The notes under the pieces were generated by a model. The model was given only the letters and a program-made list of their open reading frames with translations, had not been told where the DNA came from and ran no database searches. The position numbers and the translations under genes are program-made. DNA of 51,082 nt, the filler included, from Dimargaris cristalligena (taxonomy: Eukaryota), in assembly GCA_003614675.1 (NCBI GenBank). It is 2 parts of 2 records of this genome, joined end to end, with 100 filler letters (N's around TTAATTAATTAA, not from the genome) between each part and the next. Parts side by side here need not be neighbours in the genome. Positions count along the whole stretch, not along the records: positions 1 to 25,511 come from ML002560.1; 1 more part is not named here. One strand, written 5' to 3'. Position 1 is the first letter of the stretch. Each line of letters starts with the position of its first letter. Positions 11,724-21,391 of this stretch are shown here, piece after piece.

Positions 11724-13632
11724 GGCCCGTTTGTTGTGGGGTATGCGTGGCTTGGGTTAGTTTCGACTGTAATGACATGGTGTTAACATCGTGGTGGGTT
11801 TGGAAGTTCACAGCGGATAATTTCCGGACCCAGCGGGCCCCAGTGACACCTTTACAGCCCAGCGGTTTCTTTAGTTATCATACCAACAAGGGGAGAGGGA
11901 TACCCATTCATCGATTGGCTATCGTCTCTCCATTCCATACTACTCATATGCACGCCTGTTCGGAACCTCAACCAAATGTCACTCTGGTGTATCAACTCGG
12001 ACCGCAATAGGTAGTATTGTTAATGTTCAATCTAAGCAATTAAAAAAATGTTCGACATATTTCTTAATCATGAAAAGGAGTATTGGTCTCCCATTTCCCC
12101 TCCTGAAGGCAGGGATTGATTACCTGGGGAAGGGGTACGGGGAAACCTCACAGGAGTACAGAACTTGCACCCTTTAAATCAGCTGTAATTGGGCAGAAGG
12201 TTTGGTGAATAGGATGATTCCATTAAATGAAATTGGCCGAATAGGGTTCAAGCGGGTAGGAGTTGATACATTTATGACTATTCGTCAAAGTGACCTAGGA
12301 AATACGATAAACAACGTCCCATCAGTTCGCTATACACGAGAGAAAGTGTCGTTTTTATTGGGTTTAATGATTGTTTTATAATGTAGCTTATTGGTGGGAA
12401 TGTAATAAACCCCACACCAGTGTTATCATTCCACAATTGGCTGTTTTCTGTATATATAAAAACATACACGCCCCAACAGGCTCAGAACTCCCCACACTCA
12501 TATATCGGTGTATTTTAGTGCAAGCAAAGCGCCATTGAAACGGAACCATATTCGTTAACGATCCTCCCGTAGATTCCAAACGGAGGTTGGTTAGGAGATA
12601 TTAAAAAGTGCGGAGGGGGGATTCTTGGGGCTAATATGATATTATCTAGGCATGGCCGCTATGATTGGTATGCAATAGTTAAACCAGTACCTAATTGAGG
12701 GGCAGGAATTTATTGAATTGGAATTGGAGACTCAGAAGTATGAGTTAAGCTGGGGTACAGGTGATGCAGGGAATCAGTATAAAAAGTGACTGATTTGAAA
12801 AGGTACGATTCGCCTAATCCAGGGAGGTGCACCTACGGAGGCCGGCGAGTATAGGGTGGTAGACCAGGGTTCACCCCCCGCATGCCTGAGAATGCCAGCA
12901 GTTGGACTGCACGCACTATAATACGATATTTAAGAAAGACTTCCAATGAGGATCCCGGGTTAGAGTTGCTATTGGCGTCTTTAAATATGAGCCGACCTGA
13001 AATTGATTGAGGCTCTAGAGGTCTCTGGGTGTTTCAGCATTCAGTTAAGGCAAATATTATTAAGTCAGTTAGATACTGAATCTGGCAGAGCCCATGCATT
13101 GATTGGCACAAAGTAAAGAACTTGATCAAAAGAAGGTAGTTAACCACACTACTTTAAAAGGGGATTGGAAAAATTGGCAGTAAATTGTTTAGAGCCTGAT
13201 GACCCAGGAGAAAATTCGAAAAGGTCTGGTCTCCAATCGTCACCATATCGGATAATATACACAGCAGCTCTACACTAGTCGTTCAATAAAGAGGTTGTAT
13301 TAAATAAAAACACAGGTATCCAACTCCATGATTGGGGTTAGGGTCAGCAGTAACCCGACTAAATGGAAGAATGGTGGCATTATGGGCACTCAGTAGGTAC
13401 GGTGGCTGTATTAAGACGATCGCTAAACTATAAATGAGAACTGCAATGGGTTGGGCATTGTAATTTATTCTCGTAGTCGGATAGCGGAACGAATTGTGAT
13501 TAGGTAATTAAGGTGGGGTTTATTTAAGCGGGAGAGCAGTAGGCCAAAACATCGATGCAAGAAATATCAAGATATATAGTGGAACTAAATAGACTAATAG
13601 CTAACTTTAAAGCATTCAAGTACAGAATTGAA

Positions 13633-14416
13633 TCACGGGTTATGATCATTAGCGACTTCAACATTGGCAGCGATGCCGTTGTCGAGGAGCTTATCCAGAC
13701 GGCGGGACTGAGAATGGTCGTTGGCCACCTCGGCATTGACCGCAATCACATTGTCTAGGAGCTTGTCGAAACGACGGGATTGGGAATGGTCGTTGGCCAC
13801 CTCAACGTTGGCAGCAATCACATTGTCCAAGAGCTTGGTAAAGCGGCGGGACTGGGAATGGTCGTTGGCCACCTCGGCATTGACCGCAATCACATTGTCT
13901 AGAAGCTTGTAAACGGCGGGATTGGGAATGGTCATTGGCCACCTCAACGTTGGCAGCAATCACATTGTCCAAGAGCTTGGTAAAGCGGCGGGACTGGGAA
14001 TGGTCGTTGGCCACCTCAGCATTGACCGCAATCACATTGTCTAGGAGCTTGTCGAAACGACGGGATTGGGAATGGTCGTTGGCCACCTCGACATTGACGG
14101 CGACGCCGTTATCCAGGAGCTTATCCAAGCGACGAGACTGGGAGTGGTCATTGGCAATTTCCACGTTGGCCGCAATGACATTGTCCAACAGCTTGTCGAA
14201 ACGACGGGATTGGGAATGGTCGTTGGCAATCTCTACATTGGCGGCAATGACATTGTCCAAAAGCTTGTCCAGGCGACGCGATTGGGAGTGGTCATTGGCA
14301 ATTTCCACATTGGCGGCAATGACGTTATCCAGCAGCTTATCGAATCGACGGGACTGGGAATGGTCGTTGGCAACCTCGACGTTGGCCGCAATGACGTTAT
14401 CTAACAGCTTGTCGAA
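13633..14416 (-). repeat. 72-bp tandem coding repeat, 11 units
   Basis: First codons of the units begin at 14416, 14344, 14272, 14200, 14128, 14056, 13984, 13912, 13842, 13770 and 13698. Spacing is 72 bp except for one 70-bp unit. Confidence 0.95.
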
Positions 14417-14656
14417 ACGACGGGCGCGGGAGGGGTGGTTATTCCCCAGGGCGACGGCACGGGGACCATGCTTGAACGTCGCCATATCAGCCCGCTTATC
14501 CTTCGTCTTGGAATCAATCTTTCCCTCGGTAGTAGAACTAAATTTGAAGTCGGTGGACAGGTTGTCGGCACGCGGGGTCAGATCATTTTCGACCGGAAGG
14601 GCACCGGAGGTAAGAGCAAGCATGGTCAGGGCCAGAACAGTGACAGCGAACTTCAT
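13633..14656 (-). CDS. Secreted Kex2-processed repeat precursor B: signal peptide plus 11 head-to-tail 24-aa repeats; 2-bp frameshift at about 13910
   Basis: Signal-like MKFAVTVLALTMLALTSGA, then FDKLLDNVIAANVEVANDHSQS-RR type repeats. Seven are in ORF 13802-14656 and four more in ORF 13633-13959. As sequenced the reading frame stops at 13802. Confidence 0.88.
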
Positions 14657-14873
14657 GTTGGAATTGGTTGGGTTACTAAAGAGGAGATGGGGGGTGGATA
14701 TAAGAATCGATGACTAATTAGATATGGGAATACAGAGAGAGAGAGAGTAACAAGCTAACTATAGATATGGAGTAGGGAATGAGCCGCGGGTCTACGGAGG
14801 CCGGTCGGAGCGATACGGAACGGTGAGGCGGAATGTTCGATTGTCGATTTAGATGGGCGGGTGGCCTGGTATA

Positions 14874-14879
14874 TTTATA
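14874..14879 (-). promoter_or_regulatory. TATA box upstream of precursor B
   Basis: TATAAA(TA) on the minus strand about 220 bp upstream of the ATG at 14656. Confidence 0.5.
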
Positions 14880-17148
14880 TTAGATCTCCAATGGAGCATA
14901 TATGGTCCGGGTTGGAGCTCGCTGGCATATATTGCATTGAATGGCCGGTGAGTAATATGGCTCGCACATTATGACTAGAGCAGATCTATGGTTTCTGGGG
15001 TGGCTTGTTAATTGGAGTGTCCTATAATGGCGGCACAGGAGTCCCTCCGGCTCGGCTCAGTGAGCGCTTCACCATCCCCCTAATCCGCTCGGCTCCTCTT
15101 TCGTAGATTTTATCCAATGGCATCATACTTGGTCCATCCGACCCACCAAGCCAAGTAGCTTAGTGAATGGTGCTCAATATTACATCGCCAACAGTAAACA
15201 GCCTTGTTCATAATTCTTCTACATATGAAAGTTGGAATCCCCTTAACACCTCCTGGCCGTGGGGCTCATTATGAGGGAGGGGTGCTGCATATTTTTGCAG
15301 GGGTTTGAATATCGCTGCTTTCAACTTAACTGTGACCGTAGGGGATGCCCCGGGGGTATAGGGTGGGGAGCCTAAGGGAAATTGGCGGAAAAACTAGAGG
15401 TTGCTAATGGAGAGAGAAAAAGAGGGGGAGAGGTATCACATTATATCCCAGGAGAAACGAAATGTGGAGTGCTATTAATACTGTTTTGATAATCGGTGGA
15501 ACGTGGGGAGGAGTAGTATCGCTTAAATGGCAATCAGTCAATATTCCCACCTCTCAATGGCCCATTAAAGGGAATATTATCCTGGCTCCTTCTGGTGTTC
15601 TGCAGTTTCCCCTTTGCCAATCACTAAGCATACATACATCGCTCCATTAGTCGTGGCCGACTCCGCAATTCGGTCTATTAAGGCCAGTGTTGGTGAAGTG
15701 GTCGCACAGTCGAAGCAGCACAGCAGCCGACAGTGCTCTTGGAAGTATCCTATGGATGATGGGTCTGGTTTTTCCAAATGACCCACAGGTGGCGTGGCTC
15801 TCATAATGAATAATGAAGTGTTGGGCGGTCAGAAGAGGTATCCACTAGGAACAGCGGACCTAATGTCGTTCGGGTACTTTGGCTGGGTTGGCATTATTCA
15901 CCATCCGTCCAGCATCTATAGACGGTTCGGCATGGGTGGAAGCACGCCCCCAGTCATACATTAGAAAATAGAGTATAATTTTAGGCGGTCGAACCTACAA
16001 TGGGTTCTAACCATAAAAAGAAGCGTGTTTTTACCGCGGTAGATCAATCTGATGGACTGACCGCCAATAGTGGCCAAGAATCCCGCCATGGCAGCCGTTT
16101 TAAAGCCAATATTCGGGATAGTCGTTTGATCAGGTTAGTTTGGTGATCGGCGGTACAGTTATCATTGATGCAGATGCGTTCTAGAGTGCTACCCCCCCTA
16201 AAGAAGATTATGTATTTAATAGGTACCCCAAGAAGAACCGTCCCAGATCCTACAGGTTGAGTTACTCCATTATATAAATACTGACGTTGCCGTCCTCTAA
16301 CTCACTGTTAACCGGCCTTAATCTTACTCCATATGCTTCTTTAAATTATATCCATCTCGTTGTAGTTACCGTGAACTACTCTATACTTATTTTTGTAACT
16401 TGGTTGGCGATGCCATTGTATTTTTGAGGCTCACTGAATAGTATAGGCCGCTATGTTGGATAAAGAAGGTATAAAGGAAGTGAGGCTTTAGCGCAGAGCT
16501 TAAATGCCCCTGGCATCTAAAGCTATCGAAGGTGTAGGCCCGATACCGCCGATGATAAGGTGTTCCTAGAATATACCATATTTTGACTCAATTGGCAACC
16601 TCTGGAGCATTGCAGATTATCATTAAAGTCGCTTTTCTGATGATCAAGTACATCTAAATACTTAGTTCAGATGGTTATCACCCGAAAAATCGCTGTGAAA
16701 TAGATAGCATTATTGCCAGTATTGTCACTTTTAACCAATTATAACGGGTCTACCAAATGGCCCATTCTCTATATAGCTGGACTAAGGCTTCTTGATGTAC
16801 ACCCACTACTTTTAAATCCTGCTCTATCCGGCTTCCAATTTGAAATCTAGAGATGTAGAGGCATCCAAATGGTTTACGATGACCCGAATAATCCTATACG
16901 ACAAGGTCAAATTATATGTTGTGAAAACATTGAAAAATCACCTACAGATAATTATTTTTAGAGGGTTATATTATTGCGATATAATGATCGCAGTATCAAT
17001 GTAAATAAAGACATCCGGGGAAGACCAAAGACAGTCTAAACTAAAAGTTATTTGTAATGTTAATAAATGTAAACTAACTAACAGCTATGGTTGCTCACAA
17101 AATCTATATCGGCAGCCACATCGTATTCAGTACTTATTAGGATGGCTT

Positions 17149-17877
17149 TTACGGTTTGGTAGCATCGGCCTGGGGCTCGACGGCGGCCTTAACTGAATCA
17201 TCCGCCTTGACCTCGGGTTCGGGTTTCGTTTCGGGCTTAGTTTCGGGCTCGGCAGCAGGCTTAGCCTCGTCGACCTTGTCCTCGCGGCGAGACCGGGAGT
17301 GGTCATTGAGGAGTTCCAAATTGACACCTACTACATTGTCTAGAAGCTTTTGGAACCGCTTTTCCGGCTTGGTAGCATCGGCCTGGGGCTCGACAGCGGC
17401 CTTAACTGAATCATCCGCCTTGACCTCGGATTCGGGTTTAGTTTCGGGCTCGGCAGCAGGCTTAGCCTCATCGACCTTGTCCTCACGGCGAGACCGGGAG
17501 TAGTCATTGAGGAGCTCCAAATTGACACCCACTACATTGTCCAGAAGCTTTTGGAACCGCTTTTCCGGCTTGGTAGCATCAGCCTGGGGCTCGACGGCGG
17601 CCTTAACTGAATCATCCGCCTTGACCTCTGGTTCGGGTTTAGTTTCAGGCTTAGTTTCGGGCTCGGCAGCAGGCTTAGCCTCGTCGACCTTGTCCTCACG
17701 GCGAGACCGGGAATAGTCATTGAGAAGTTCCAAATTGACTCCCACTACATTGTCCAGAAGCTTCTGGAAACGGGGATGAACCAAGGCGCTGCCGAAGGGC
17801 TCGGCGGGGGCTGCCATAGTAGACTGGGAAGCCAGGGCCAGGACAATGGCAGAGATGATGGAGAGAGTGACCTTCAT
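17149..17877 (-). CDS. Secreted Kex2-processed repeat precursor C (242 aa): signal peptide plus 3 x (core peptide + acidic Pro/Glu/Lys spacer)
   Basis: Signal-like MKVTLSIISAIVLALASQSTMA. Cores PR/KR-FQKLLDNVVGVNLELLND[YH]SRS-RR, each followed by a 43-47 aa spacer EDKVDEAKPAAEPETKP...ADATKP(EKR). Confidence 0.9.
   Translation of the reverse strand: MKVTLSIISAIVLALASQSTMAAPAEPFGSALVHPRFQKLLDNVVGVNLELLNDYSRSRREDKVDEAKPAAEPETKPETKPEPEVKADDSVKAAVEPQADATKPEKRFQKLLDNVVGVNLELLNDYSRSRREDKVDEAKPAAEPETKPESEVKADDSVKAAVEPQADATKPEKRFQKLLDNVVGVNLELLNDHSRSRREDKVDEAKPAAEPETKPETKPEPEVKADDSVKAAVEPQADATKP
17152..17769 (-). repeat. Tandem coding repeat, 3 units of 213, 201 and 204 bp
   Basis: Near-identical units that differ mainly by a 12-bp indel in the spacer and by synonymous changes; the last unit is cut short by the stop codon. 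Confidence 0.95.
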
Positions 17878-20800
17878 GATGGTAGAATTAGGATGGGGTA
17901 ATAATAACGGTAGGAGTTGGTCGTAATTAATGCGGATTCTATTTCAGGAGAGAATAGTCAATGGGTCGTTAAGTGGATCGTAAAAGATTGGAAGAACAAT
18001 TGGAACTGAATGACCAGGGCGGACCAATGTAATTAAAATCACAAGGAAGAGCACAGGGTAAAATATGAGATGGTAGCGAAATAGAACAGAACACAACTAC
18101 TGGAAAAGGGGATATGCTAAAAGAATATATATTTTAAGAGCGTTAAGATACTGTAGCAGTATAGCTGAGGATATTTGGATGTTGAATTGTATTGAAAAAA
18201 CGGGCAATGCGGGCCTTTAAATATCACAAGATCGAGCAGAGAAAACCCCGTTAGGGTAATGTCCAGCAACACTATTCCCCAGTATATTAGCGCGGCTATA
18301 GCGATTCTTTGGAGTTTTTTTTTTTCATTGTAATCGAATCCATTCCCATATTCCGTGACTAAACCGGTCTCGGCGGTGACGGGATCCTGGCAAACTCCAC
18401 GCCCATATTAAAACTCAAACAGCAAGGCTTATTCACACGTAAACGCCTCCGCCACCTGGCTACCAAATCATTATTGCCCCATCCCCCTAAATTGCCTCAT
18501 TAGCACCTAAAAAGGGGATAGGAAAGAATGGGACCTACACCCACCAGGTTACCCATCTCCTGGCCGACAACCAATTCGGGACTTTTGTTTCCTTATTAGA
18601 AAAACTCCTGGTGAGGCATAGGGTATCTCAACACACCCCTACATCGAGGAAGGGGAAAATGCCGATTAGCACGTAGGTGGCCCCTCCCTACGCGCAGAAC
18701 AGGACCGGAAATAGTGTTTTTTTCCATGTACCCACCCTCGACCCGATGTAGCTACTAAAATTAAAATCTGATGAGGTTAGGAGGCTTGGTAAAGGGGTGC
18801 TGGATTTAAGTGACTACTTTAATCCCTTGACCTCCCCAGCCTTTCTTTAATACCATCCATTTTATTGTCATTACAGCCGTCTTGTCATTCGCCAGTAAAG
18901 AGAGATAGGTCCATCTCTCATCATCATTACTAAGAACATTTACATACCTGCTCAACGACACAAGGCACTCCTTGGTCAGGTTTGAGTAATGGGACCAGGT
19001 CATCCAACCCACAGCTACCCCTGACTCGAGGTGAAGCAACAGGAAAGGGTGTGCACCTGAAACAACCATAAGTGTAATCCGGTATTTTTTTAGTATTGCT
19101 CAACTATGCACACCCATCATTATATGAGAAAGACTGGGATGAAGCGCATAGTGAGGCTTTGTGGGGGGCGCGACAGAGGGTAACATTTCCCCAGAATATA
19201 TTGATCACTATCAGATGCACGTCGCCGAAAGGTGACTATTTTACCATCTGATACCACCCTAACCTCACTCCTTAAAAGGGATATGGGGAATAATGAAGGA
19301 GCATCATTAGCAACGGAATGACAAACCTGTTCACCTAAAAAGTGCGTTTTAGCGGAGGGCTCACGGCTGAATTAATGATTACTACCCCGAACCATCACCC
19401 ATGTACTGATCTTCATCTACTACCCTAGGTGGTAGCAACTGGACGCTTCCTTATTTTCAAAACCAAGTGTAATCCTCCAAAGAATCATTGGCATAAAAAA
19501 CGACTCTTAAATTAATAATATCGGTTTACTATCCGCCTTACTACCCCGCCCTCCATTGGTATCGCCCAATTCGGGCAAACTATGCGCGGCTGAAGGTCCA
19601 ACCGAGGTGGATGTTATGCAGTACTCATGGTGGCTAGGAAATTAACGTTGCCACTGATATTCCTCATCAAGTCTGCCCAAGTTATGTTCAGATCTGTGCA
19701 AACTCACCCCCCTCTGGTGAGCTGTTCCAAAGGGAAGTCTGCCTAGGTACACGGCAGTGATTCAAGTGTGCCATAGCATGCAGTCTGTAGGCCGGTGGAG
19801 GCTCAGAGCCAGGTCAGCTAAGTAGGCGCTGTCGGTTTACTCCGTGCTCACTGCGTTTATGCACCGGTAAATCAGTATTGGGTTTACTTTTTTTGTATGG
19901 CCAATGGTTTGAGCGGGAAACAACTAAATGGCATTGGCTATCGTTATAAGATCTCTGCTAGTGCCAATGGTAGGTAGTGGGGCTTTTACCTGAGGCGATC
20001 TTTGGTGGTTGGCTTTACCATTTGTAAGTGTTGCCAGTTCGATCAGTGCCAATCCAGTGGGGGTTTGAGGTTACCGTCGCGGAGCTCATGAATACCCCCC
20101 TCCTCATATTGACATGATTCGAAAATTAACCTTTTACCCCAAGGTCGAATTAATCCCTCAGCTATGCCAAATCAGGGGGTTTCATAACCGTTTATTATCC
20201 CCTCATTTCACCCCCCTTCCTGTCTAGATTCTCCGACCCCGCATTTTAGAATAATCAAACAAACCACATCACACATCATTAAACTGAGTCCACTCCTTAG
20301 TTGTAGGCATGGTCATCAATGCTGACCAAACTTGTATACCCCACAGGGGGGAGTTGCAGGACGCCGAAGTGTGTTCTTCAGCCGCCTCTCCCCCTTATTT
20401 TGGCAGCCTATTTTTGTGCCAAGTACAATCACAGCTGCCTCGCTACACGTTTATATCCCCCCCCCCCAGAAAAACCAGTTAAAAATCGAAGAGTAACTCA
20501 TGACTAAACATTTCATTTAGGTGCATCATTGAAACGGGGGCGCAGTGATTAGGAGAACCTTACGCATCCGCAGGGTAGCGGTACCTCCCCTTTTCCTCTC
20601 AGCATACCCCCTCCCGTAGTTAACTACAAGTGGACGTGACCACTCAGTAGAGTAAATAATAATAATGTTCCTTCATCAAGTGCCTGATTTATCCCGTGGC
20701 GCTTCACTACAAGTCGCTTCATCAAGGATCTTGTAATTAGGTATGGCTTCAACAGGCTATTTGGGCTATATTATATTATACATAGCCACTTCTTTTACAG

Positions 20801-21391
20801 AGGCGGCTAAAGTCGCCGATTTCGCGTAAGGGACAAACAACGTGGCGCTGAATAATGAAATGATTTGAAACACACCCCGTCCGTATGGTCGTTCGTTTGA
20901 ATGGCTGGATAACCTCTTATACTGCTTGGCGCCTATGATACTGCCGCCCCCTTATGGTCAACATGGTCTGTAGTAAAATCACAGGAATATATTAATGGAG
21001 GTGCTCGTAGGAGCCTCCATCTGCAATAATAATAATAATAAATGATGCTATTCAAATACAGCGACCGCCATATGCCCACGGTTCTGAACCCTGAGGGGGG
21101 CCCAACGCAAATAAACGAGCCCTGTGTATACTTGGCTTTAGGATTTCACTTTATCGCGAGTCGGGTTTACCATGGGCGCCTCCCTTGGACCAATGTACCG
21201 ATTTAGGAGCACAGGGTGATTCGTTACTCAGCACCACCTGGACCGTTTCATCGCCGATCATGTTATTCAGGTACGTACCAGGGGACATGCCCCCACCACT
21301 GATCTGGCCATTGGCTGCCAACATTCCCCCCATGATAACCGTGGCAGCAGGATGCCGCATGAGTCCCCCACCACCACCGCCACCATCTACA

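Noticed and set aside
13633-14416. CRISPR-like regularly spaced repeats
   Set aside because: Units are contiguous 72-bp coding repeats without unique spacers, in a eukaryotic context with no cas genes.
13721-14717. Long plus-strand repetitive ORFs (…SLSKRRDWEWSLATST…)
   Set aside because: Antisense shadows of precursor B. They have no signal peptide, and the signal-like leader, TATA box and homology to A and C are all on the minus strand. The same applies to the antisense ORFs over A and C.
10720-17877. Alpha-factor-like pheromone or dikaritin RiPP cluster
   Set aside because: Cores follow the basic sites directly without X-A/X-P Ste13 dipeptide runs, are longer than typical alpha-type pheromones, and no DUF3328 or other tailoring gene is visible. 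Not excluded if enzymes act in trans.
18806-19069. 87-aa minus-strand ORF upstream of precursor C as a possible tailoring gene
   Set aside because: No recognisable motif (no HxxHC of DUF3328), and length is within chance expectation.
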